A stretch of 64,000 nt of DNA from an uncultured delta proteobacterium (lineage in GTDB: Bacteria; Desulfobacterota; BSN033; UBA1163). The DNA is taken from positions 96,001-160,000 of the forward strand of contig CAVPSJ010000008.1 in the NCBI GenBank assembly GCA_963708295.1, given 5' to 3'. Numbering within the stretch: the first letter of the stretch is position 1; each line of letters opens with the position of its first letter. A program made the translations under genes and the position numbers. Positions 53,193 through 62,718 of this stretch are shown here, in pieces. The notes beneath the pieces are model-generated. The model made no database searches. It was not told where the DNA came from and saw nothing but the letters and a program-made list of their open reading frames with translations.

Positions 53193-53278
53193 CTCTCGGA
53201 AAGGAAGAAGCGGGTCCTTGACGGATACAGGCGGATTGGATTATTAACTTCAAATCAACGCTGAGAGGAAATCAACAG

Positions 53279-53521
53279 ATGGCATTCAGAGTAATGGTCG
53301 ACGAAAAAAAATGTACAGGATGCGAGGAGTGCGTGGAAGTCTGCACAGTTGGTGTATTTGAGATAAGAGAGAATAGGTGCGTCCCCGTAGGCAATGAAAA
53401 GTGTCTCGGTTGCGAAATCTGCGTTACGGTTTGCGAAAGACAAGCGATCACGGTCGAAGAGGTAAAGGTGAAGCTTTCCGATACGGCCAAGTCCCTGTTC
53501 AAGGATATCCCGTTCGATTAA
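53279..53521 (+). CDS. 2[4Fe-4S] ferredoxin
   Basis: CTGCEECVEVC and CLGCEICVTVC. Confidence 0.93.
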   Translation: MAFRVMVDEKKCTGCEECVEVCTVGVFEIRENRCVPVGNEKCLGCEICVTVCERQAITVEEVKVKLSDTAKSLFKDIPFD

Positions 53522-53701
53522 CAGGCTGATGAAAAATACCCATCTGCAGCGTTCCCCGGTCGCCTTACCGTCTCGGCGACATTGAAATAAGTCGCTCCTT
53601 ATTCATCGCGACGCCACCCTCATTCCTCAGAATTTCGGATGCCTTGCATCTGCCTGTCTGCCGAAGCCTCGGCGCAGGCAGGGGCATTTTTGATCAGCCT
53701 G
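53522..53701. mobile_element. MITE-like element, copy 3, with nested inserts
   Basis: CAGGCTGATGAAAAA ... TTTTTGATCAGCCTG; starts immediately after the ferredoxin stop codon. Confidence 0.75.
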
Positions 53702-53829
53702 GGAAAGCAAATTTCTCTGGCTTCAGCCTCCTCATCCGGATACGATATAGACGAATTATACAACCCAAACGGAGGCCCATCAAAGAGGGTGTGAAACGGA
53801 TGAGAATTGAATGACGAGAGGGACTTTAT

Positions 53830-54243
53830 TCACCTATGACATGGACCAGTATCTTTCTTTCTCTCTTCTTGTTGTCGAAATCGATGAAGACGATTTGCTG
53901 CCAGGTTCCCGAGAGCCAATTTCCCGTCGATCAGGGGGATCGTGAGTGACGGCTTCATCAAGGCCGCCCGTACATGGGAGAAACCATTGCCGTCTCCCCA
54001 GCGGCGGTCATGTTCATATGGGATATCGGATGGAGCGATCTCTTCAATCGCTTTTTGTAAATCTCTGAGCACCCCCGATTCATATTCAATGGTTGTCACG
54101 GAGCCTGTCGATCCGGGGCAGAATACGGTGACCAACCCGTTTTTGATTCCAGAACGGTCTGTCACGGCATCCACATCCTGGGTGATGTCCAGGATATCGG
54201 TGAAACCCTTTGTACGAAGACTAATTATTCCCGAATGAGTCAT
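53830..54243 (-). CDS. yjbQ: YjbQ/UPF0047 family protein (indel near the C-terminus)
   Basis: DITQDV, GSVTTIE, YEHD and NGFSHVRAAL motifs. Confidence 0.85.
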   Translation of the reverse strand: MTHSGIISLRTKGFTDILDITQDVDAVTDRSGIKNGLVTVFCPGSTGSVTTIEYESGVLRDLQKAIEEIAPSDIPYEHDRRWGDGNGFSHVRAALMKPSLTIPLIDGKLALGNLAANRLHRFRQQEERKKDTGPCHR

Positions 54244-54369
54244 TTGTCCCTCCGCTTCTGCGTCCCTTCCCGCGAGGAGAGGGGAGTGTACGTATCCACC
54301 TCCACCTCAATCCTTTCCCGTCAGAGATCGTGTCGTTTGCGAAAATACGGCGTTCGGAAAAAGGGGGAC

Positions 54370-55134
54370 CTACTTGCTCTGGATTCTCTGAAGCACCTTC
54401 TTCCAGCTTTCGGTTTCAAGAAAGCTGCCCGAAGCATTGTCTAAGAGCTTTAGGAATACCGGGTAAGGCATGGCCAGGGTGAGAATTTCCTTCTCAAGCA
54501 TGGGTCTTGCAGAAACGTCGAACATTCCCAGGATCGCGTGGGGCTGCTCTTTTCCAGCTTCCTTCAAAGGATAGGTGAGAATCGTTCCACATCCGGACCC
54601 GAAGGGTGCAGAGACAGCGTCCGTGCGCTCCAGGGCATAGTTCGTCAATGTAAAAAGCCCTGAGAGAATATCCGGCGTTCCGAAAAAGACAACGACTTCC
54701 GGCACTGTATCCTTCTGAAACTGGTCGATCGGCTTGAAGACACAGTAGGCTGCCGGTGCTCTTCTCGGTATCAGTCTGGTGAAATATTCCTTGGCCCGTT
54801 CCGGTGTTTTGATGTATCGTTCGCCCTCCATTTCACCCGGGATCCCGCAGGAGAGAAAATATTCGATCTTGGGCCTTGGGGATGTAAAAAATCCCATATA
54901 GTAAGCCCCTCCAGGGCATCCAAAGTGTTCCTTGTCAAAATAGACGGTTGTCCCGTTCTTTCGGGCGCTCTGAAGCAGCCCCATCATACACCCGGATATT
55001 CCCTCTTTTGGCGTGAGTCCTTCAGGCTGATCGTTCGTGTAGTAAATTCCGAAGGGGGATTCCTTCAGCCCGAGAATTTCTTGAAATTGCTTCCATGTCT
55101 TTTCGGGGAGTAGATTCATTGTATTAACCTCCAT
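54370..55134 (-). CDS. DUF169-like protein
   Basis: GCPGGAYYMG, GERYIKTPE, PFGSGC and GMFDVSAR motifs. Confidence 0.8.
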   Translation of the reverse strand: MEVNTMNLLPEKTWKQFQEILGLKESPFGIYYTNDQPEGLTPKEGISGCMMGLLQSARKNGTTVYFDKEHFGCPGGAYYMGFFTSPRPKIEYFLSCGIPGEMEGERYIKTPERAKEYFTRLIPRRAPAAYCVFKPIDQFQKDTVPEVVVFFGTPDILSGLFTLTNYALERTDAVSAPFGSGCGTILTYPLKEAGKEQPHAILGMFDVSARPMLEKEILTLAMPYPVFLKLLDNASGSFLETESWKKVLQRIQSK

Positions 55135-55394
55135 TTAGCTTTGTCCTTTCTTCTTAAAATACCCGAAGCTTCGGCCCAAAGTCAACACGTATTGACCTTT
55201 TACCATCTTCACTTCGGGCCGGAAGTGGGGGTTGGAAAACGCAAAGTTGATGTTCCGGTGGTTGCTGAAAAGCATTACAAGCTGGTAAATCCGGACGAAC
55301 TGACGGAAGAAGAATTGAAGGCTTACCGCAAGCGCCCTTCCGATTAAATTACTGCACTCCGAAGCTTCCCCATCGACAAGCAAAGTCCGCTCTG

Positions 55395-55592
55395 TCACCG
55401 CACAGTAGTTGTCCGAGGAGAAGTTGCCGAAACAACAACACTCAAGAAGTGCGGGTCCACGTCAAGCTTCAGGGCGTCCGCGAAGGACTCCATGACTGTT
55501 CCGAAGGCAAACAGCGACTCGACTTGACGCGTTACGCGATCTTTGTCAACACCCGTCTCGATAAGCAGTTTTACGGTCAGTTCATACTGCAT
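55395..55592 (-). CDS. Small hypothetical protein (65 aa)
   Basis: G-rich RBS then MQYELTVKLLIETG; no family recognised. Confidence 0.45.
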   Translation of the reverse strand: MQYELTVKLLIETGVDKDRVTRQVESLFAFGTVMESFADALKLDVDPHFLSVVVSATSPRTTTVR

Positions 55593-55675
55593 GTTGGTAC
55601 CCCCCCCTGTGTGAAAATGGATTGGCGTGGATGCCATGCGATGATATCGACAAAGCATTTTCTGGTCAAAGAACT

Positions 55676-56823
55676 TCATAAATCCGCCTTTTCCATACGT
55701 TTAAGGAAGCTGGGTTTCTTGTCATGTTGTTCGCGCAGGCGGGCGATATGTCCAAGAAATTTCTCCATCTTTTTTTTCCTGACAGCTACGTCGCGAAGAT
55801 CGACGAGGAAGCGGACTGCCTGGTCATATCTCCCCGGCTGCTTTGTTGCGATAAGTCGGTCCACCTGGAGCCAAGTCTCCATTTCTCTGCTGGAAAGCCC
55901 TTCAAGGTATTTTTCGCGGCGAGCAGCTGCTTCAGCTTCACGGTGAGCTTTCTCTTGAGCGGCTTTTTCTGCCTCAGCCCTCCGGCGGTTATCCCGGAAT
56001 TCTTCTCCCAAACGGAGAAGCTCTCCGACAGTCCGTTTCCGGGGTTTCGGAATTGAAGGCATGACCATGTCCTTCTTCTGTTTCAAATACCGCCCGATGA
56101 TCTCTGCTCCGAGATGTAACTCTTCACCCAGTGAAAAGCGAACGAGGAGGGCATCCTTTTCTTGGGGTGGTAACTTGCCTACCCAGGCCAGAAGATCTTC
56201 CTGACTCGGACGCACTAGATGGATGGGTTGACTCACTCGAGCAGCCGCTTGCAGAAGATCCAGGTCGATTCGAAGAAAATCGGTAAAGCTCCTAAGAGAA
56301 CCACTTAGCCCTTCCAGACCATCCGGAACAGCGGGTTCTTCCTTTTCTTCATCCAATTCACCGTTCTGGACCGAGAGAAGCCATGCCAGATAGAGGCAAC
56401 GGTGGTCCCCTAGGGCCAGCTCCGAGCGGACCGGAATGATGGATGAGAGCCAGTTTTCCCCTTCCTCCCATTCTCCAGTCGGCTCTTCCTCGGATACAAA
56501 GCTGAGAATGACCTTGTCACCCTTTTCCCTCGCGGATGCAAGATTAGTACAACAGTAGGTCCGGACGATTTCAACTGGGAGAAGGGATGATGGTAGGCGA
56601 AGCTTAAGGACCCGGGTGCCCCAGTTGGCAAGATACAGGAAAGCATCGAAATATTTCTCCATCCACAGCTCAGGGTTCCCTTAAAGTTTCCCCACGAGTA
56701 GTCGTTGATGAAACTCGTTGACGTGATACGTGCCCTGGTCGAGTATGAACGCAATTCACCCCGTTCTTTTGCGGTCAACGGTCGGTCGATGGCCTGAAAT
56801 TCGTAGTATTGATATTCGCTCAT
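55676..56823 (-). CDS. Conserved hypothetical protein (MSEYQYYEF family), frameshift near 56670
   Basis: MSEYQYYEFQAIDRPL, YFDAFLYLANWG, GDHRCLYLAWL and YDQAV..L.DL motifs. Confidence 0.8.
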
Positions 56824-56976
56824 CCTTCTTCCTGTTAGCGGAGGATGAAAATCTGTTGCTCCCGCAGGGCCAGATCCGCTACAGATGGAATATCAAAATT
56901 CTTCTCCAAGGACATCTCCTTGGCTAGTCTTCTTAACCATTCGTCAAATATTGAATGTTTGTTGTCAGGGATTCTT

Positions 56977-57468
56977 TTATTCCTGGGCGCATTCGGAGGG
57001 GTCGCCCTTTAATTTGGACAAAGCATGGGGAAGGGCAGGGAGAATCACGCTGAGGTTCTCTCTTACGCTCTTAGGACTTCCCGGCAAATTCACAATCAGG
57101 CTCGAACCTCGAATTCCCACGATGGCTCTGGAGATCATGGCGTGAGGGGTCTTCTTGAGGCTTTCGGCTCTCATGGCCTCGGCAAAACCAGGGACCTCTT
57201 TCTCAATCACCTTCGATGTTGCATCCGGCGTGACATCCCGTGGACTCAGCCCCGTTCCTCCTGTGGTCAGAATTAAATCTGCCTTCAAATGATCGGCACT
57301 CTTCTCAAGTGATTTGATGATCTCATCCATCTCGTCCGGTATAATTTCGTAGTGGATCACTTCAGCAGGAAGGCCCTTCACCATCTCTTGGATGAGAGGA
57401 CCGCTCGAGTCTTCCCGTTCCCCTTTGGAACCGCGGTCACTGATCGTTAGAATAACTACCTTGAACAT
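56977..57468 (-). CDS. mog: Molybdopterin adenylyltransferase MogA/MoaB
   Basis: TISDR, TTGGTG..PRDVTP, SRA and NLPGSP motifs. Confidence 0.92.
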   Translation of the reverse strand: MFKVVILTISDRGSKGEREDSSGPLIQEMVKGLPAEVIHYEIIPDEMDEIIKSLEKSADHLKADLILTTGGTGLSPRDVTPDATSKVIEKEVPGFAEAMRAESLKKTPHAMISRAIVGIRGSSLIVNLPGSPKSVRENLSVILPALPHALSKLKGDPSECAQE

Positions 57469-57477
57469 ATTCAACCC

Positions 57478-57775
57478 TCAAATACGAAATCCGAATATCG
57501 GGCGAAGCGTCCGCCTCGGACCAATCCGAAACAAATTCGAATGGCCTAAACTCAAAACAAGGCCATACACAACGTAATAAAATGCAGTGAAGAGCGTCAT
57601 TCCCGCCCCGATTTCCATCGGGATAAACTCGGCGGGAATCTAGCAGAGAACACTGGATTCCGGGTCAAGCCCGGAATGACAAAAAGAATAAGATTTCTAT
57701 CGTCATGTTTGGAAGATTTGAATTTAGGATTTTGATATTGTTTCGTATTTCGAATTTCGTGCTTCGGATTTTTCG
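57478..57775. repeat. CGAAATC repeat arms enclosing a GTCATTCC...GGAATGAC REP-like palindrome
   Basis: gtcattcccgcc...gggaatc...ggattcc...ggaatgac at 57596-57680, between cgaaatccga arms. Confidence 0.7.
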
Positions 57776-58215
57776 ATTATAATTTCGTCTCCAACTCCTA
57801 CTTCTCCTTCAGTGACCACCTCGGCAAAAATGCCTTCTTTGGGCATCACACAATCGCCTGCCTGGTAGTAGATGGCGCAGCGGGTATGGCATTCTTTTCC
57901 TATTTGGGTGACCCGCACCAGAACAGTCTCTCCGATGCGGATTTGCGTTCCTATCGGAAGATGGACAAGATCAACCCCTTCGGTGGTGATATTTTCCGCA
58001 AAATCGCCATACCCGACCTTTAACCCTTTGGCCCTCATCTTCTCAATCGACTCGTTTGCCAATAGACTGACCTGCCGGTGCCACGGGCCGCCATGGGCAT
58101 CGTCTTTCAATCCAAAGTCTTTCACGAGAAGACACGATTTGATATTCGTCTTTTTCGTTCCCTTTTTCTCACTGATGTTGACTGCGAGGACCTTTCCTCT
58201 TTGAGACCTATCCAT
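57724..58215 (-). CDS. MOSC domain protein
   Basis: DAHGG.WHRQVSLL, GDFAEN and QIGKECH..C......CVMPKEGIF motifs. Confidence 0.92.
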   Translation of the reverse strand: MDRSQRGKVLAVNISEKKGTKKTNIKSCLLVKDFGLKDDAHGGPWHRQVSLLANESIEKMRAKGLKVGYGDFAENITTEGVDLVHLPIGTQIRIGETVLVRVTQIGKECHTRCAIYYQAGDCVMPKEGIFAEVVTEGEVGVGDEIIIEKSEARNSKYETISKS

Positions 58216-58263
58216 TTGATCTCCCTTTGAGCTTTCAGCCTTCAGCTTTCAGCTCCTGCTTCG

Positions 58264-58728
58264 TTACGTTCCACTCTTTCCTCCCGTCTTTTTGACGAGG
58301 TGAATATCCGATATCACCATCCCCCGATCGATAGCTTTGCACATGTCATAGATGGTGAGGCCGGCAGCGGCCACAGCCACGAATCCCTCCATCTCTACAC
58401 CCGTCTGAGCTTTAATCCTGACTTTTGCCTCTATCTCAATCCGGCTCTCCTTTTCAAAAGGGAAAAAATTGATCTCCACATGAGACAAGTTAAGCGGATG
58501 GCACATGGGAATGATTTCCGAGGTCTTTTTTGCCGCCATGATCCCAGCCACTTTGGCCACCGCCAAAACATCTCCCTTTGCAATCTTGCCGGACATAATA
58601 CTCTTAAAAGTCTTTTGGCTCATGGAGACAGATCCTCGAACCTCGGCCTCCCTCAAGGTCTCTCTCTTTTTGCTGACATCGACCATTCTTGCACGACCTG
58701 TTTTGTCGAAGTGGGTCAGTTTTGTCAT
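58264..58728 (-). CDS. moaC: Cyclic pyranopterin monophosphate synthase
   Basis: LTHFD, MVDVS, PMCHP, TGVEME and YDMCKA motifs. Confidence 0.96.
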   Translation of the reverse strand: MTKLTHFDKTGRARMVDVSKKRETLREAEVRGSVSMSQKTFKSIMSGKIAKGDVLAVAKVAGIMAAKKTSEIIPMCHPLNLSHVEINFFPFEKESRIEIEAKVRIKAQTGVEMEGFVAVAAAGLTIYDMCKAIDRGMVISDIHLVKKTGGKSGT

Positions 58729-58747
58729 TCTATCCTCTCTGAGGACT

Positions 58748-58843
58748 TAGTCATTAAGTCATTAGGTTATTGAGTAATTACCAAAGATTCCCTTGAGTTT
58801 CTCTATCAATGAATGACCTAATTACTCAGTGACTCAATGACCG
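58748..58843. repeat. GTCATT / AATGAC octamer palindromic repeat
   Basis: gtcattaagtcattaggttattgagtaatt ... aatgacctaattactcagtgactcaatgac. Confidence 0.65.
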
Positions 58844-58851
58844 TCCCAAAA

Positions 58852-59835
58852 TTATCCTCCGATCGCTGACATATTCCTCTGGCATTTCTTGAACTGGTGG
58901 CTGTTAATTTGGTGTCTTTCCGGTTTTGATTGAAGGGCCACAAGAAGCCGCTTCCTCAGATCTCGATCGCTTCCACCCTTTCTCAAGATTTCCTTGATAT
59001 CAATCTCATCATCCGAGAAAAGGCAGGTTCTGATCTTTCCGTCCGGGGTCAGCCGAAGCCGGTTGCAATCTCCGCAGAAGTGGCTGCTCACAGGTCCGAT
59101 CAATCCGATTTCTCCAAGGGCCCCTTCAAATCGAAACCGTTTCGCTGGACCATCCCATCGATCCGTTGGAATGGGAATCAGGTTTCCGACCCTTTCGAGA
59201 TAGGTTTTTATCTGAGGGATGGTGAGGAGGTCACTTTCCCTCCACTCCTTCCCGTTGCCCGATGGCATGTACTCGATATAACGGACGGTGAGGGGGAGGC
59301 GGAAAGTCAGCCGGGCAAAGGATTCAATCTCATCGTCATTTAATCCCCGAATAGCGACCATGTTGATTTTGATCGGGGACAACCCGACTCTGATGGTTTC
59401 TTCGATTCCGGCCCATACCTTTTCATAATCATCCCTTCGAGTAATCTGACAGAACCTTTCTTTATTCAGGGAATCCAGGCTGATATTTACCCTTTTCAGG
59501 CCAGCCTCCTTGAGACCTTGAGCATACTCCTTTAGGAGAATGCCATTGGTGGTAAGACTTAAATCCTGAATCTCCGCGATCTCCGAGATATGGGCGATGA
59601 AATCGACGATTCCTTTTCTCACAAGCGGTTCCCCGCCCGTGAGTCTGACCTTGGAGATCCCTTCTTCGGCAAAGATTCGGATGACTCTCAATAGCTCTTC
59701 GTACGTGAGGATTTCCCTGTGGGGAATAAGAGGAATTCCCTCCTCGGGCATACAGTAAGTACACCGCAAGTTGCAGCGGTCTGTTATTGAAATCCGGAGG
59801 TAATTTATCTTTCGTCTAAAAGGGTCAAGAAGCAT
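58852..59835 (-). CDS. moaA: GTP 3',8-cyclase
   Basis: YLRISITDRCNLRCTYC, FCGDCNRLR..C and C-terminal IGG. Confidence 0.97.
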   Translation of the reverse strand: MLLDPFRRKINYLRISITDRCNLRCTYCMPEEGIPLIPHREILTYEELLRVIRIFAEEGISKVRLTGGEPLVRKGIVDFIAHISEIAEIQDLSLTTNGILLKEYAQGLKEAGLKRVNISLDSLNKERFCQITRRDDYEKVWAGIEETIRVGLSPIKINMVAIRGLNDDEIESFARLTFRLPLTVRYIEYMPSGNGKEWRESDLLTIPQIKTYLERVGNLIPIPTDRWDGPAKRFRFEGALGEIGLIGPVSSHFCGDCNRLRLTPDGKIRTCLFSDDEIDIKEILRKGGSDRDLRKRLLVALQSKPERHQINSHQFKKCQRNMSAIGG

Positions 59836-59878
59836 AACTCATCTCAAATTTCAGATTTAGCAAATTTACAATTTCACG

Positions 59879-59930
59879 TCCCCCTCACCCCCGCCCTCTC
59901 CCCTTGGGGAGAGGGGAAGGGGGAGGGGAA
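59879..59930. repeat. CCCCTCACCC...GGGAGAGGG REP-like palindrome
   Basis: C-rich/G-rich hairpin; related to 8896-8942. Confidence 0.65.
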
Positions 59931-59984
59931 ATAAAATGGCCAATACCCGTGTTTGAGATATTGGCCATCAAAAATCCGTTGTCC

Positions 59985-60086
59985 ATCTCCTTTCCAAACG
60001 CGGGAGGTATAACCGTTTCCAATCATACCCTGACGGCCGTCCTCCTTATCCCAAAAATTTCGGACTTAGGAAAACGGCTCGGAGAT
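59985..60086 (-). ncRNA. Moco (molybdenum cofactor) riboswitch
   Basis: Minus strand CUCCGAGC...CCUAAG...CAGGGUA...GAAA...CCUCCC...UGGAAAGGAG matches the Moco RNA motif consensus, upstream of moaA. Confidence 0.85.
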
Positions 60087-60194
60087 CAAATCTAATTTAT
60101 TCTTAATTGATTTATGGAGAAAAGTCAACCCGCGAAATGGTAACTTTTGGAATTCAAAGCTTTTTGGCACGATGAAATCCGAGTTCGTTTTGCC

Positions 60195-60224
60195 TTGACA
60201 ACTTTTTGTGCCCTTTATATTATC
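60195..60224 (+). promoter_or_regulatory. sigma70 promoter of the ABC operon
   Basis: TTGACA-17 bp-TATTAT. Confidence 0.6.
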
Positions 60225-60269
60225 TGTTGGGAGTTTGTTAAATTGAATAAGCGAAGAGGAGGAAATGGG

Positions 60270-61393
60270 ATGAAACGGATCGTTGTTGTATTGACTGCAT
60301 TGTTGATGGGGTTTCTCTGCTTCGGAGGGATGTCCTTTGGGCAGGCGATCGAGAATGAGTTTTACCTCATTACGCCGGTTTCCAAGGATGTCCACGACCC
60401 GGCCTTAAAGGCCTTTGCCGCTTATGTCAAGAAGAAGTATAACGTCGACGTGAAAACCAGCGCCATTCCCCAGGGAACACCCGTCGCCTATGGCCAGATT
60501 GTGGAGTGGAGGGGAAAACCCCAGGCCGATGTCTTCTGGGGAGGAGAGGGAACGCTTTTTGATAGTCTGGCAGATCAGGGACTTCTGGACCAGGTTCAGA
60601 TCCCCAAGCAGATGTGGGATGAGATTCCGGCGACCATTGGAAAGCCCATCGGACTTCCCTTGAAGGATGACAAGAAATTCTGGGTTGGAACGACTCTGGA
60701 GCCCTACGGACTCATCTATCAGCCGAAGTTGCTCCAGCGTCTGGGGGTCACGATTAAAGACTGGGATGACCTGCTCAACCCGAAACTGAAGGGACAGATT
60801 GCTCAATGCACGCCTGACCGGTCGAGTTCAAGCCATGCGTCCTATGAAGTCATCCTTGCCATGTACGGATGGGAAAAAGGATGGGATTGGCTGAAAAAAC
60901 TGGCGACCAACACGGGTATTTTCACGGCCCGTTCCCGTGACGTTCCCAACGTGGTGTCCAAAGGGGAGTTTGCGGTTGGGTTTGCCGTGCCGAGTTATAT
61001 GGCCTTTGCTGAGGTTTTGGGAGGATACGATGTCAAGTTTGTCTACCCGACGAACGCCTATGTCACCCCAGAGCCGATGGCGGTCCTGAAGGGAGCGCCG
61101 CATCCAAAGCAGGTCATGCCTTCATCGAGTTTCTCCTGACCGAGGAAGGGCAGAAGATCTTTATGGAGAGGGGACTTTATCCCATCACGCCAAAGTATAA
61201 GGTTCAGGGTCCTCCCGGTTCCAATGCAGAAAAAGCGGTCCAGTTTACAATGGAATCCGATCCTTCTACGACATTCAAGGTCGGAAACGTATATGACGAA
61301 AAGGTCGCCGGGCCCAAGAAGAGGATCGAGGAAGTCAACTCCTATTTCCGGAAAGAGATTGCCGAAAAACATAAGGATCTGATAAAGAAATAG
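60270..61393 (+). CDS. ABC substrate-binding protein, Fe3+/AfuA-like (frameshifts near 61115 and 61250)
   Basis: Signal peptide; PQADVFWGG, WDDLLNPKLKG, PDRSSS and LKGAPHP motifs. Confidence 0.85.
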
Positions 61394-61554
61394 CAGTCTC
61401 AGTGTCAGGCCACGGTCAGGTAAGGAGAGAATGCAAATCCCCTCATCCCTCGGCTTGCCGAGCGGGAAGGATGGGGGGATTTGAGCTATCTTAGATGAGT
61501 GGTCAGGGCATGGGTGAGCCGCAAGTGGCGACTTTGGACTGACAGGACCAATCT

Positions 61555-62637
61555 ATGAACATAAAACTCGAGGACGTTGTCAAGAGGTTTGGCACGCTGG
61601 AAGCGGTGAGCCACGTTTCCCTGGATATCAAGGATGGTGAGCTTTTTACTCTCCTCGGCCCCTCGGGCTGCGGAAAGACGACCCTCCTTCGCCTCGTCGG
61701 CGGCTTTCATAAACCGGATCAAGGAAAGATTTACTTTCGGGGACAGGGAAGTGTCTGCTCTGGCTCCCTATGAGAGAAACATAGGGATGGTTTTTCAGAA
61801 CTATGCCCTCTGGCCTCACATGACCATTGCAAACAACGTTGCCTACGGTCTCAAGCTCAAGAAAATAGCGAGCTTCAGAGATCGCCGGGAAGGTCTCCCG
61901 GACTCTGAAACTGGTCAACCTGACAGGGCTCGAAACCCGATATCCCGGGCAACTTTCGGGTGGGCAGCAACAGCGGGTCGCCCTGGCCAGGGCTCTGGTT
62001 CTCAATCCCGACGTTCTGCTTCTCGATGAGCCTTTGAGCAACCTCGACGCAAAGATCCGCATCCAGGTGCGGGCAGAAATCCGCAAACTTCAGAAGGAGC
62101 TTGGGATTACAACCATCTATGTGACCCACGATCAGGAGGAGGCTCTGACCCTTTCGGACCGAATTGCCGTCATCAATCTCGGCAAATTGCAGCAGATTGG
62201 CTCCCCGAGAGACCTCTATGAGAGACCGGAGAACCCATTCGTGGCAGACTTTATCGGGATCAACAACCTGATCCCCGGAGAGATCCAGGAGATGAATCCC
62301 ACTGAACGCTGGATGAAAGTAGAAACAAAGGTTGGCGCTTTGCTCTGTGACTACCGCGAGACGGTTCAAGCCAGGGGATAAATGCATGGTCAGTGTCCGT
62401 CCGGAGACGGCATCGATCGGTACCTCACAGGAGGTCCAGAAGGAGTTTAATCGGATTGCCGGCAATGTCAGTTTTGCCTATTACATCGGGAATACGATCC
62501 GTTATGACGTGGAAATTGATAGCGCGCTGCTCTTCAAGGTGGATGTTGAGAACCCGTGGGAACACCAGGTCTTTTCCATCGGAGATAAGGTCTGTATCCA
62601 TTTTCCGATAAAGATGACCCTCGGGATCCCGGCCTGA
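61555..62637 (+). CDS. ABC ATPase PotA/FbpC type (several indels)
   Basis: [24 protein letters not shown] and VTHDQEEA motifs. Confidence 0.88.
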
Positions 62638-62718
62638 TGAGAAGAACCTTCTCACGCAGACGCTGGAGAGAGAATCGAGAATCTCCGCGACCTTCAGCGG
62701 TGAATGGGAAATTTGTAC

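Noticed and set aside
60164-60181. sigma54 promoter TGGCACG upstream of the ABC operon
   Set aside because: The -12 TTGC is missing, and a good sigma70 promoter lies just downstream.
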